Source of the DNA: Schizochytrium sp. TIO01
Lineage: Eukaryota; Protista; Bigyra: Labyrinthulomycetes
Direction of reading: 5' to 3'
Assembly: GCA_004764695.1 (NCBI GenBank)
Contig: SMSO01000032.1
Location: 2,542,001 to 2,606,000, forward strand
DNA: 64,000 bases
Below are positions 44,532 to 55,570 of the stretch, piece by piece. The first letter of the stretch is position 1. Each line of letters starts with the position of its first letter. Position numbers and translations under genes: made by a program. A model generated the notes under the pieces. The model was not told where the DNA came from. It ran no database searches and saw nothing but the letters and a program-made list of their open reading frames with translations.

Positions 44532-44602
44532 AGCGTCAGCCGGGAATCGAACCCGGGGCAGCCGCATGGCAAACAGCTATTTTACCACTAAACCACTAAC
44601 GC
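44532..44602 (-). tRNA. trnG-GCC: tRNA-Gly, anticodon GCC
   Basis: Minus strand reads GCGTTAG TG GTTT AGTGGTA AAAT A GCTGT TTGCCAT GCGGC TGCC CCGGG TTCGATT CCCGG CTGACGC T: a full cloverleaf with A and B boxes and no encoded CCA. Confidence 0.95.
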
Positions 44603-45126
44603 TGGTGATGAAGGAATGTTTCATCTGATGTCATCTGCAAGGGCTGTAGAATATATAACAAATGATACCTTTGGAAGCTACAGCTTAAAATTGGTTTCTC
44701 ATACCGCGGCGAGGGTTTCTGACTTGACCGTTGATAGAATAAGGGCTCTTCTGCTTTGTGTCATTTTAGTTGAATATAAAAAAATCAGAGCAAAAGCCCA
44801 TCGATTGAGGGAGGGGCCCACCCCCGTGTGACATCAACTTGTCTCAAGGCTACTTCGTCTGCAAGTTTTCTGAATTTAGGTGGAGCGAAGGAGTGACTGC
44901 AAGGAGAGAAGGAAGTAAACCAAGTAATTCTCAAACATCTCTCAAGTGAGACTACTAAGGTTCGTGACGAAGCAATAGGACGAGACAGCTAAAGCAAGGC
45001 CGTTCAGAAACAACCCTGCTATCTCGCATTGAGACTGCGACTCTTTCATCGACAAAAAGCTTGAGTTCTGAAAACCTTCATAAAACTTACGAAGTTCTCG
45101 CTCAGAGCTAGTTATTCACTTGCAGA

Positions 45127-48100
45127 ATGTTTGTGTTTTTAAGCAAAAAGATAGCAATTCCGAATGGAGCGAAAATTCACAGCCTTGCATGGAATGCTTC
45201 TCAGGGTTGGATTGCATGTGGAGGAGAAAATGGTCTTCTCAAGGTCCTAAAGCTTGAAGTTAATGCTGACTCGAAAGCCAGGGGCGTAGCCGCTCCAACT
45301 AACCTCTCGATGAACCAGACTCTAGATGGACATCAAGGTGGTGTCGTGTGCTGCGTATGGAACAAGGCCTATCGAAAACTCACCACGAGCGATCAGTATG
45401 GCCTAATTATTGTTTGGATGTTGCACCGACAAATGTGGTACGAAGAAATGATCAATAACCGCAATAAGAGCGTGGTTAAAGATATGTGCTGGACCGCTGA
45501 TGGCGGACGAATTTGCATTGGTTATGCTGATGGTGGAGTCATTGCGGGAGGTGTAGACGGAAACCGTCTTTGGGCTAAGGAAACCGGGCTTGATCTCAAG
45601 TTTGTACAGTGGTCCCCTGATGGCCGCACAATCCTATTTGCTACTGAACAATCTAAAATCTACATCTTTGATCAAAAGGGCAACAACATTGGCACCATGC
45701 CCCTTTCTGTTGATCCTCATGCATCAGGATCTGTTATCGGAGACGATGAGAATGGAGATAATAATGATTACAATCTTGATAGAGGAATTATCGCTGTCGA
45801 TTGGTATGATGGTACTCGCGGCCACGTCGACATCGACGCCCCTGATCTAGCGATTGCCTTTGCAAACGGTTATGTTCAAATTACTAAAGGATTGCCTCCG
45901 CTGAAAACCAAAAGCGTCAGATCAAAGCCGCGTAAGACGCGAGAGAGCAAGCACTCTGAGGAGGACCCTCGGCAAGAAGAACAAACCGATATTGGTGTTC
46001 CGAACAAGGAAGGTGCGCACACTGTTCTTATTGACACTGGAATGCGTCTGAGCAAGGCATCTTGGAGCTCCGATGGTTCAGTGCTTGCAATCGCTGGCTC
46101 GCAGTCACAAAAGCTCCCCAGTGGCGATGTTCGTCGAATGTGCATGGTGCAATTCTATTCTCCATTCGGGCAGCACTTGCGAACACTCAAAGTTCCTGGT
46201 GGTCGTATATCGGCTTTGACATGGGAAGGAACAAGTCTTCGAATTGCCTTGGCCGTGGACTCTTTCATTTACTTTGCTAACATCCGACAGGATTACCGCT
46301 GGGGATACTTTGCTAACACCCTCTGCTATGCCTTCACCCGCCCTGACCGCAAAGATCATACCGTTGTTTTCTGGGATACTCATGCTGAAGAAAAGCACGT
46401 AAAGTATGTCAAGCGCCTTATGCATGTCCGAGCAGCAGGAGAGCATGCGATCCTAACCTCACGCGGAGCAGAGTCTGTACAAGCTTCGAAGGAAGGTGCA
46501 CCTTTGATCCATCAATATGGACTTATCCTGTGCAATTCGATTGGCTCAGCAGTTGATTCAAAAGTGATCAGTATTGAGCCTACTTTTCTGGCAATGACGA
46601 GTCAGTTCATTGTTGTTGCTGATGAAAAGGCAATATATGCATGGCAGTATCGCACTTCAGGTGGAGCACGCATGGCTTCAAATACATCATCTGTAGCACC
46701 TGTATCTAATAGTAGCAATCCAGCAAATTCTGCGTTACAAGCTACACTACTCGATGTAACGAATGCCCAGAGCTCCAATCGCTCTAATAAGGCAGGTAGA
46801 GAACGAGTTGTGCATATTGATATCGATCCGTCGAGACTTTGCGTGACCGGATTATCTGTACTCTCAAACAATGACAAACCTACAGGCAAGAAAGCTGCAG
46901 AAACTAGGAAATCTCTTCTAGATCTGCTCAGCCGAGCGACTACAGATCCAATTGCCTGCATTGGAGTAAATGATCGTTGCCTGGTTGTCGGCCGATCGTC
47001 CGGAAGCATTCATCGATATACTCTTCCGCATTTAACTCTGGAATCTAAGGTTGTTGTCCGTTGCCGCCCGCAACAACTTGCGCTTAATTCCGACAATACT
47101 AAAATGTCTGTAATTGACATTAATGGTGTTCTATCCATTGTTGCATTTGACAAAGCAGCTAACGATGGAGCGCGCCAACTTGATTTCGAAAGAAAGGACA
47201 CCTGGGATATGATGTGGGCCTCTGATAACCCCGACCTCATGGCTGTGATGGAGAAGACTCGCCTTTATATTTTCCGAGGCCTTGAGCCGGAAGAGCCTGT
47301 CTTGAGCTCTGGTTATGTATGTAAGCATGAGAATCTTCAAATTAAGGCAGTCATGCTCGACGAAATTATGGCACAGCCACACGCTCCAGTGAACGACCTT
47401 GTTGTGAACTTCCCGACGAAGTCTCTTCGAGATGCCCGGGAGATGCTTCGAACCGAGAGGATTGAGGATGTTGCCGCATATATTGATGGACATCCTCATC
47501 CCAAGCTGTGGCGTATCCTCGCAGAGGCATCCTTAGAACGCCTTGAGTTTTCAATTGCTGAAAAGGCATTTGTAAAGTGTGCAGACTACCCTGGAATACA
47601 ACTCGTAAAAACCCTGCGTCTTTTAAATGACAAGACTAAGCAGCGTGCTCAAGTCGCCTCATATTTTGAACGCTTTGATGAAGCTGAAGCGCTGTACAGG
47701 GACATCGACCGCAAAGATCTTGCAATTGATCTTCGTATGATGCTTGGTGATTGGTTTCGTGTTAAACAGCTCATTCAAATGAGCAACGGGGTCAGTGTGG
47801 GCGCAGGAGATGACGAACTTATGCGACGAGTACAACGAGAAATTGGCAGCTACTACGCAGCAAGACAAAAGTGGAACAAGGCGGTGCAATATTTTGCAAA
47901 TGCCAAAGATCCCGAGTCCCTTATCGAGTGCTATTATTTGCTCGAGGAATATAATTCTCTCGAGAAACTTGTGCGAGTTATTCCTGAAAATTCTCCAGTG
48001 CTAATCGACATTGCTCGAAAGTTTCAGTCAGTCGGCATGTCACAAGCTGCATGCACCGCATACCTCAAGGCCGGCGATGTCAAGGCCGCAATTGACTGCT

Positions 48101-49092
48101 GTGTTCTTCTGAACCAATGGGACCAGGCTGTAGAGCTTGCTCAAGAGTATGAGTTCCCACAAATCGAAGGTCTTCTCGCCAAATATGCTTCGCATCTACT
48201 AGAAAAGGGCGAAAAACTTCAGGCTATTGAGCTTTATCGCCGCGCCCACAAGAGCACCCAAGCTGCAAGCCTTCTAGCAAGTCTAGCACAAGAAGCAGGA
48301 CGCACAAAGGTTAATCCGCTTGATGCAAAGAAACTGCATGTTTTGGCGGCTATGGAGATGGAGGAACTTCGAACGAGGGTTCTCGATACTCAATTAAAGA
48401 CCATGGGCCTTACGCAACAGCCAATGGATAATGAAGACCCCGACGCAGAGTTTGAGCTTGGCACAAAGCGAAAGGGCGCTCGAACTCGTGCAACTATGCA
48501 AATGACCGCTGCTCAGACCACAGCGGCAACTCTCGAAAGTCTGGTACAACATGATGCAGCTACAGGTCAGAACCGCTCTCTGGATAATGCATGGAAAGGA
48601 GCTGAAGGTTACCATCTATTCATGCTTGCGCAGCGCCAACTGTACAATGGTCGTGTTAAAGACGCGTTGATTACATCCCTACAACTTCGCTCCTATGACG
48701 ATGTTCTAGACCCTCGAGATGTGCACTCTCTCATTGCCCTCACCGCCTACCATAATGAGGCTTGGGGCCAATGCTCCAAAGCTTTTGTTGAACTTGAGTC
48801 TCTGAAGAGCTCATCCTGTTCTGCGGAGGATCGGGATGCATTTGCTTCTTTGGCACTCAAAATATTTACTGCAAACCGCCCTGTTGATCCAGCTGACATC
48901 GCAGAAAAGGTAGAGGAGATCGCACAAGGCCATGCCCGCAAGGACCCTATTTGTATGATGTCTGGTAACATCATTGACGAAGATTCAAGTGCTGGCCAAG
49001 TGTACAAGTGTCGTCGTTGCAGTCGTAAGATGCTCGATCGCTATCTTCGTGGCGTAAATAATTGCCCATTGTGCCACATTCAGCTGATGTAA
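45127..49092 (+). CDS. WDR35: WD repeat protein 35 / IFT121, intraflagellar transport complex A subunit, 1321 aa
   Basis: N-terminus MFVFLSKKIAIPN..WN..QGWIACGGENGLLKVLKL; NLSMNQTLDGH; KLTTSDQYGLIIVW..WYEEMINNRNKSVV; TPR-like C-terminal half; terminal Cys cluster CRRC..CPLCH. Confidence 0.97.
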   Translation: MFVFLSKKIAIPNGAKIHSLAWNASQGWIACGGENGLLKVLKLEVNADSKARGVAAPTNLSMNQTLDGHQGGVVCCVWNKAYRKLTTSDQYGLIIVWMLHRQMWYEEMINNRNKSVVKDMCWTADGGRICIGYADGGVIAGGVDGNRLWAKETGLDLKFVQWSPDGRTILFATEQSKIYIFDQKGNNIGTMPLSVDPHASGSVIGDDENGDNNDYNLDRGIIAVDWYDGTRGHVDIDAPDLAIAFANGYVQITKGLPPLKTKSVRSKPRKTRESKHSEEDPRQEEQTDIGVPNKEGAHTVLIDTGMRLSKASWSSDGSVLAIAGSQSQKLPSGDVRRMCMVQFYSPFGQHLRTLKVPGGRISALTWEGTSLRIALAVDSFIYFANIRQDYRWGYFANTLCYAFTRPDRKDHTVVFWDTHAEEKHVKYVKRLMHVRAAGEHAILTSRGAESVQASKEGAPLIHQYGLILCNSIGSAVDSKVISIEPTFLAMTSQFIVVADEKAIYAWQYRTSGGARMASNTSSVAPVSNSSNPANSALQATLLDVTNAQSSNRSNKAGRERVVHIDIDPSRLCVTGLSVLSNNDKPTGKKAAETRKSLLDLLSRATTDPIACIGVNDRCLVVGRSSGSIHRYTLPHLTLESKVVVRCRPQQLALNSDNTKMSVIDINGVLSIVAFDKAANDGARQLDFERKDTWDMMWASDNPDLMAVMEKTRLYIFRGLEPEEPVLSSGYVCKHENLQIKAVMLDEIMAQPHAPVNDLVVNFPTKSLRDAREMLRTERIEDVAAYIDGHPHPKLWRILAEASLERLEFSIAEKAFVKCADYPGIQLVKTLRLLNDKTKQRAQVASYFERFDEAEALYRDIDRKDLAIDLRMMLGDWFRVKQLIQMSNGVSVGAGDDELMRRVQREIGSYYAARQKWNKAVQYFANAKDPESLIECYYLLEEYNSLEKLVRVIPENSPVLIDIARKFQSVGMSQAACTAYLKAGDVKAAIDCCVLLNQWDQAVELAQEYEFPQIEGLLAKYASHLLEKGEKLQAIELYRRAHKSTQAASLLASLAQEAGRTKVNPLDAKKLHVLAAMEMEELRTRVLDTQLKTMGLTQQPMDNEDPDAEFELGTKRKGARTRATMQMTAAQTTAATLESLVQHDAATGQNRSLDNAWKGAEGYHLFMLAQRQLYNGRVKDALITSLQLRSYDDVLDPRDVHSLIALTAYHNEAWGQCSKAFVELESLKSSSCSAEDRDAFASLALKIFTANRPVDPADIAEKVEEIAQGHARKDPICMMSGNIIDEDSSAGQVYKCRRCSRKMLDRYLRGVNNCPLCHIQLM

Positions 49093-49410
49093 AACCTGCG
49101 GTAACTTTAAAAAGTGAATTGTCTCATATATGTGTGAACGCACTAAATTACATGGTTTCAATTTTCGAACTTTCACCTTTAAAACTTAAACAAAGTTTAC
49201 TACACGCCTCGATTTTCAAGGAAGCCCACTTTATACATATCTGGTTTGAAGTCAGATTCTTGTGCTTGAATATTAATTTTTCTGAAATACACAAGTTCGT
49301 AGGATTTATCGAATGAATACTCAATAGTACATGATATAATATCTAGGGGAGAATTGAATCTGGGAAACGTAGTTCCCATGTTTTTCTAACATTATAAAAT
49401 AGCAATTATA

Positions 49411-52400
49411 TTACTCCTCTCTAAACAACATGGTTTGGTGGGATATTAGCGAAATCTCTCCACGAGAGGCTTCTTCAATAAGATTAAGAAGCGTGCTCTC
49501 GAGAGTCATGTGAACCAGTCCTTGGCACGAAGGAGTGAGAAGAGCCTTTATGCATTTTTTATTTGCACTATTCGTTTGTGTGTTCAAAGCATCAACAGGA
49601 GCTTCTCGGAGGCGAAGACCCTTTGCAGTTATTAAATCAACGAATCGTGGAGGCGGCTGCAAAACTTGCTTTTCGAAGGCTTCTTGAATGGTCTTATGCA
49701 TGACAGCCTCGCGAAGCATGTCAACCTTGTTATTTTCGCTTTGATTGTTTTCTTCAGTGAAATGAGTACTTTTAATGAAAGCGGAACTGGCACTTTTTGA
49801 ATCGGAAATGCTTGAAGCAGAAGTGCTTTGACGCTCCCATGTTTCTTGTGTAGGGATAAAAAGATGACCAAAGTCTCCCAAAGTTTTAGCATCCCTCTCT
49901 GTGCAGATTTCTCCTTGAAGTCTGATGTATATACGCTGAGGTGCTTGTAGTGCTGAACCGGCCCTTGGGGAACTCATACTTGTCCCAAGACGTACGTCAC
50001 CAGAGGGGCCCTCATCATGACCATGAAAATCTTCATCAATGATTAGCGTCTGTTCAGAGGTGGAGGAACGATTAAGAGACTTCATGCGTTGATCGTGAGC
50101 AGCTGTTGATCGCCCTACAACGCTTTGGTGCTCGACAGATTGTCTCTTTTTTCTTGAATCACGACAAACGGAAGATGCACGAGACTCGGTCCGAAAAGCA
50201 GAGCCCATCTCTTCCTTGCTTGCCTTCTTGTGAAATTCAGAATCTTTTGCTGTACTTTCACGCACTGACGTGACTACACAAGCTAAATCAGTATCGAGTT
50301 CGAATGGGCGCTCACCAGCATTAGTCTCGAGAATAACCTTGCAAATTGTGAATTCCCCTGGGGCAACTTCCCCATTTGGAGGAACAATCCGGACTATACC
50401 TTGCTCAATAAATGGATGATCTGCGCTCCATGCAAAGGAAATGTCATTTGCAGTATGATTGCGTAGAAAAACAACCCTGGATATTTGTGAGCCAACGGGA
50501 ACTGTTCCGTATTTAAGCAAATCTAAGGACAAAGAAGCTAGTTGCCCTGGTAAAGCCAGCTTTTGACGTTCAGGAGGTTGCTGGCCTCTCATTAAAAGTT
50601 CCGAGGAGGACTCAAGATTCTCTTCATCATGAGGATGAAACCCTTCCCCTACCAATTCAATCTCAACAATCACTCTTTCTTCCGTCTCCGCATCTTGAGC
50701 AGACCCGAAATTGCCTAGCTCGGATGAAACAGAGATTGGCAGCTTGCATTTGTACAATTTCGCTTCGAGAGGGGCAAACATAAATTCCAGTTGGGTACTG
50801 CCACCTCCACCTTGAATTGTTCCGGATGGTGTGAGACAGCGTAGGATAGGGAAGTCATAGTTCTCCTGCATCAAAGTTTGCAGTGCAGTCTCATCAACAG
50901 TAAACGTTGCATTGGATGTTCCAAGGTTGCGAAGCTCTACAAACTGAACTGGCGGATCTCGCATTCCAAGTGGTTGTCGAGCTAGCATGTTACTACGAGC
51001 CACCGGGAAGACACAAGGTGTCATAGAGGAGAGAGTTCGGCCTTCCAGAGCCAAACGGACTTGCTTGCCGTTGACAAGACCTAACAAAACCTCCAGATTG
51101 TGCATACCTCCATACTCCAATACATGATGTCTGTATGAAATACGAAGTGTCACAGCTTCACCAGGGCCAAGGAGGCCTGACCGAGGCAATACTTCAAATA
51201 CACGCTGATCTAGTAAAAATGCCTGTTTCAATTCTGCCTCACAAGGGTCACGAGAGTCAGCCCAAGGTTCAATGTCAATATCTGAGTCGTTAGGAAATTG
51301 CACGTGGAATTCTGCAGGCAATTTCCCTTGATTCTTAAGTTGGAGATGAATGTGTTCTGTTGGTGACATGTGTAGTGCAGGAGTAAATCTAAAGCTTACA
51401 CAGTCAAGCAGCTCCCGCAGTTCGTCCTTACGAGATTTACCCATACCAGGAACAGAAGCACATTGAACAAACTCAACCTCGGCATCGGTGACTGGACTGC
51501 GAAGAATTTTGTTAAGCATAGCAAGGTCAAGTTGTTTCCAGAGCGCTGCCGGGCTTAGTGTAGACCGAGCATCCTCAACCAGCATGCTTGGGTCAGCTGC
51601 AGACCCTGACGCTTTACAAGTAATTCCACTGCCAGAGTCTTCTCCCTTATCTAAACAAGTACATACTATCACAAAATTGAAACGACCACACTTTTGTGGT
51701 ATGAAGGTGAGCTGGATGGGCAATGTTGCTCGCGCTGGAATACGCATTGATCCTGGTGACACCCTGAGATATTCTTGGCGAGTGCCTAAGATATCAAACT
51801 TCACTTCAACTTCGCAATCAGCATGATTTGTTACACCGAGTGACCGCTCCGACGAAGCTTGTGCCAAGACAGTACCAAGATCCACTTGTGAGTTAGAGAA
51901 TTCTACACAAGAAGTTGACCCGGTAGCATGAACAGTGAGAATGGATCGATTCTCGTACAAAATTCCCGGGCTGGGCCAAATACTACGGGAAAAAAGAACG
52001 CAATCCATATCAAACTTTCGTGCTGCGCTAGGCGCAAACGTCCATGTTACAAGTGTGCGCTCGTTTCCTCGAAGCATGCCCCGTTCAGGTTCCACACTTA
52101 GAATTTGTCTGAACCTCTTTGGAATACGCCATTGAAACTCAACAGGGACCCTAGATCGATTTTTAACCGCGACTTGGCGCTGTGAACTCAAACCCAGGCT
52201 CGTGGGCTTGATAAATACACCTTCGATGCTCTGGGATATTTCTCCATCAATTGGTAGGCTTTGAGCATCAGTTACTTCCACATCTGGAAGTCCACAAAAG
52301 CTTGACAAGGCAAGCGTATGCGTGTTGGTCACTGCGCAGTTTAGTTTGCACTTCAGTAGAAATTTGTGCTCACCCACATCTACTGGAGATGTTTTGAGTG

Positions 52401-54699
52401 CAACTAGCTGGAACTGACCTCGCTCGATTTGCCCAACGCGTGGCATCACTGAGAAGATCTCGGTTGGATCTTCTCCAAACTCAAATCTAACTGGGGTGTC
52501 GCCATTGTTCTCGATTACTAGAGTTTGTAGAGCTGACTCACCCAGATGGCATACCGGGAAATCGACAGAGTGCCAATACGAGCTCTTCACATCCTTTGAC
52601 AAGATTTGATCATTTTCACCCTGGCTCCCTGTTGAGGCAGCAGACGAAGTAGCAGAAGTTTTAACTGATTGTGAAGTGGTAGAAAGTGTGGTTTCAGGTA
52701 AGACGAAGCGAACTTTTGGTAAAAAATGTTCAATACCAGGTTGAAATGTATGACCTAACATACGGATTGAAAGGAACCATGGAGGTATGAATGCCTGGTC
52801 TTTCACGAGTCGAAATGTTCTATTCGACTTCAAATGAACATAGGCACTAGCTGTTGCAAAAAAGTACGTGTTGTTCATGCTAGGACGAAAGTGGACCCGG
52901 AATTCAACCGCACGCCCAGGTGCAATATCCTGTGATTCAGGGAAGATAGCAAATGGGGGCTGAACCTTAGCGCCGTCACTTGCTTTCCAATTCACAGTCC
53001 AACTACATGTCACCTTTGCATGATGTCTATTTACAACCCGGAAAATCTTTTTCTCTGTACTGGCGCTCATTGCCGAACTTGCTCCAAAGTCGAGCTCATC
53101 ACTATCAAGAACAATAACCGAATCCGTGGAGGTACGCCTCTTGAAGAGTTGTTCGCATACTTCAAGTTGGCCTTTCGACAGACCGCCACTACAAGCAACA
53201 GTTTGGTCATCTTCGGGAAAAATTTCAAGACCAGAGGAGGTCTCATCTTCTCCACGCAATTCACGATCTTTTGCAACTTCGACAAGGTGCTCTGGAGTTT
53301 CTCTATCCAAACCTGCCAACTCGCGCTTACGATGAGCAATAAGATGTCTAGCAAGTAAGGGCTGAGGGCGGTTTGCTTTGCCTTCAATGCTATCATCATA
53401 ACAGGTTCCGATGAGGTCGAAATAGAGTGGAAGCTGATTTTCAATTACACAGAAAAGTCGTCTGTAGTAATTTCCAACACGTCGAGCATGGAATCGAAGT
53501 GTTACAGCTTTGCTAAGTTTGGCAGGGATCTCTCCCACCGCAGGATCGACAAATTCGAATTCGCCATTTGGGTCTGCAAAGAAATGATATCGGATAGGTT
53601 TCTCAGCATTATTTCTCAGATGTAGTGCACGGGTTGGCATGGAATCAGAACCAAGAATATATTCGCCGAATTGTATACTTTGAGCGTTTTCGCGATCCCC
53701 AATATCCACATCCGGGCCGACACAAACACCCACCAATTCTAGCTGCGCTACATTTCCTCCCGGTGTCTCAATTAGATACGTGTCACAAGAGAACTGGCCT
53801 CGTGCAGTGGGACGGAATCTTACGCTCAGCATAGCCATTGCCCCTGGCTCAATGATTCTTACGTCAGGGCGCACATCAAAAACGGGTGGTAGATCTCGCT
53901 CTACTCGGCGGATACTGAACCGAGCTGGAACAAACGATTGGTTGCGTAACACAATCTCTTTGTCTGCGGTAGCGCCTGGTAGGACTTCGCCAAAGTCGAT
54001 GCGCGGCTCACTGAGAGTGACGTGCGGGTATTTACCAATACCACTAAGTTTGAAAACGACAGGGCTCCGGTCAAGTCCATTTACGTGAAAGAGGGCCTTG
54101 CTCACAACGACACTTGCATCAATTGGTACATATGTTGCAGTAAAAATTTGAGCTTCTGAGATTGTGCCTTGAGTGGGCTCGATTCGAAAAGGTAGCTGAG
54201 TGTCCCAGCGATATTGAACGGGAACTTGTCCTGTATTTTTTACTTCAAATGTTCGCTTTGTTGACTCACTGATAGGACAGAAGCCAAAGTCAAGCATCTC
54301 TGGAACACTCACTGACACGTTGGAGAGTCGAGCACGAATGGGAATATAAAACACCCACTTTAGTTTTTTGTTGCGAATTACGAACTCAATATAATCGTCG
54401 TATGGTTCTACTCTGACAGGGCGAAAGACCACTTGTACAGGTACTGACATGCCAGGGCTAAGTGAAATCACATCGGGGAAATCCATACTAAAGAATGATG
54501 TTTCTGGGGGTTTGTATTTCACTTTAATCGTTTCATTCCCAATATTCTTTAGCACCAAAGTCTTGCAAAACTCGCCACCTGGACTCCATGTACCATCCTC
54601 CCAGAGGAGTTCGTCTCCACAATCCACGCCAAATCTTCGTGCACGTTCTTCGCGGTCATACACAACTGGAGGAAGGCGTTTCGTACCCATTGACGCCAT
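49411..54699 (-). CDS. CFAP65: Cilia- and flagella-associated protein 65 (CCDC108)-like ASH/Ig-repeat protein, 1762 aa
   Basis: N-terminal W..GGEFCKTLVLKN..IKVKYKPP..FF..FP..ISLSPGMS..V.VVFRP, repeated LDFG../KN.G ASH-type units and NYYRRLFCVIENQLPLYFDLIGTC. Confidence 0.85.
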   Translation of the reverse strand: MASMGTKRLPPVVYDREERARRFGVDCGDELLWEDGTWSPGGEFCKTLVLKNIGNETIKVKYKPPETSFFSMDFPDVISLSPGMSVPVQVVFRPVRVEPYDDYIEFVIRNKKLKWVFYIPIRARLSNVSVSVPEMLDFGFCPISESTKRTFEVKNTGQVPVQYRWDTQLPFRIEPTQGTISEAQIFTATYVPIDASVVVSKALFHVNGLDRSPVVFKLSGIGKYPHVTLSEPRIDFGEVLPGATADKEIVLRNQSFVPARFSIRRVERDLPPVFDVRPDVRIIEPGAMAMLSVRFRPTARGQFSCDTYLIETPGGNVAQLELVGVCVGPDVDIGDRENAQSIQFGEYILGSDSMPTRALHLRNNAEKPIRYHFFADPNGEFEFVDPAVGEIPAKLSKAVTLRFHARRVGNYYRRLFCVIENQLPLYFDLIGTCYDDSIEGKANRPQPLLARHLIAHRKRELAGLDRETPEHLVEVAKDRELRGEDETSSGLEIFPEDDQTVACSGGLSKGQLEVCEQLFKRRTSTDSVIVLDSDELDFGASSAMSASTEKKIFRVVNRHHAKVTCSWTVNWKASDGAKVQPPFAIFPESQDIAPGRAVEFRVHFRPSMNNTYFFATASAYVHLKSNRTFRLVKDQAFIPPWFLSIRMLGHTFQPGIEHFLPKVRFVLPETTLSTTSQSVKTSATSSAASTGSQGENDQILSKDVKSSYWHSVDFPVCHLGESALQTLVIENNGDTPVRFEFGEDPTEIFSVMPRVGQIERGQFQLVALKTSPVDVGEHKFLLKCKLNCAVTNTHTLALSSFCGLPDVEVTDAQSLPIDGEISQSIEGVFIKPTSLGLSSQRQVAVKNRSRVPVEFQWRIPKRFRQILSVEPERGMLRGNERTLVTWTFAPSAARKFDMDCVLFSRSIWPSPGILYENRSILTVHATGSTSCVEFSNSQVDLGTVLAQASSERSLGVTNHADCEVEVKFDILGTRQEYLRVSPGSMRIPARATLPIQLTFIPQKCGRFNFVIVCTCLDKGEDSGSGITCKASGSAADPSMLVEDARSTLSPAALWKQLDLAMLNKILRSPVTDAEVEFVQCASVPGMGKSRKDELRELLDCVSFRFTPALHMSPTEHIHLQLKNQGKLPAEFHVQFPNDSDIDIEPWADSRDPCEAELKQAFLLDQRVFEVLPRSGLLGPGEAVTLRISYRHHVLEYGGMHNLEVLLGLVNGKQVRLALEGRTLSSMTPCVFPVARSNMLARQPLGMRDPPVQFVELRNLGTSNATFTVDETALQTLMQENYDFPILRCLTPSGTIQGGGGSTQLEFMFAPLEAKLYKCKLPISVSSELGNFGSAQDAETEERVIVEIELVGEGFHPHDEENLESSSELLMRGQQPPERQKLALPGQLASLSLDLLKYGTVPVGSQISRVVFLRNHTANDISFAWSADHPFIEQGIVRIVPPNGEVAPGEFTICKVILETNAGERPFELDTDLACVVTSVRESTAKDSEFHKKASKEEMGSAFRTESRASSVCRDSRKKRQSVEHQSVVGRSTAAHDQRMKSLNRSSTSEQTLIIDEDFHGHDEGPSGDVRLGTSMSSPRAGSALQAPQRIYIRLQGEICTERDAKTLGDFGHLFIPTQETWERQSTSASSISDSKSASSAFIKSTHFTEENNQSENNKVDMLREAVMHKTIQEAFEKQVLQPPPRFVDLITAKGLRLREAPVDALNTQTNSANKKCIKALLTPSCQGLVHMTLESTLLNLIEEASRGEISLISHQTMLFREE

Positions 54700-55538
54700 T
54701 TTCGGATTTCAATCAGCCTGCCAGCTATGCATGCGCCACGTGATCTAGTATCCCGTAATGACGATCTTTGCGAGGCGTATGTCTGATTCAAGCGTGGCTC
54801 TGATTGGAATAGCAAAGCTCAATCCTGATTTTCTGAGTACACAACAAGAATCAATAAATCAATCACTCAAGTCAATTGAGTACCTTGTATCCATACACTG
54901 GCAACGTACAGCACTGCGCCTATGACCCTGTGCGTGTGCGCATATGCCTAGAGCTAGCCCGTGCTTGAGTCATTGCAGGCTGCTCCACTCAGGGCACATC
55001 GACTGGGACTTGAGCTTGAAGTGATATGACCGTTGACATAACATATTTTTTTCTTTTTTACAGACTAAAAAGGGCCTAACCTTGGAGAAGAAGTGCGTGC
55101 TTAATTGTAAGTAGCAGATAACAGAGCTAGTGAAGGCCTCGCTCACTCTCATGCTCTGAGTCTGTGGCACGCCACAGCCTACCTAGCAATACAAAGAGCG
55201 GTATTCGGAAAGTCGGAAATTCATGCTATGGTAGTGGTAAAAATAACAAACGACTAGAAATTAACTACTCTCGCTCAAAGGCGTGTACAGTGGTACCCTG
55301 CTCCACTCTAGGTGAGTATTTGCTTCGAGCATACCCTGAGCTAATATATATAGCTCCATGGATTGCAAGTACTGAGTTAGTTTCCCCTCAGATTTCATAT
55401 GTGGAACTCGCAGCAGGATGCAACCCAACGCTCGGATCTGTGCCCTAAGTCAACGAGAACCGTTCGAAAGTAATGCATTGGGTACGAAGTTTTTCCTTGC
55501 CTGCAATATCGTCCCACTTCCCCTTAACACGGTATTTG

Positions 55539-55570
55539 CAACAACAACAACAACAAGAACAGCAACAACG
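55539..55570. repeat. Imperfect (CAA)n tract
   Basis: Sequence reads caacaacaacaacaacaagaacagcaacaac. Confidence 0.7.

Noticed and set aside
44396-44599. Lys-rich 67-aa ORF
   Set aside because: It is an A-tract plus the antisense of the tRNA-Gly gene.
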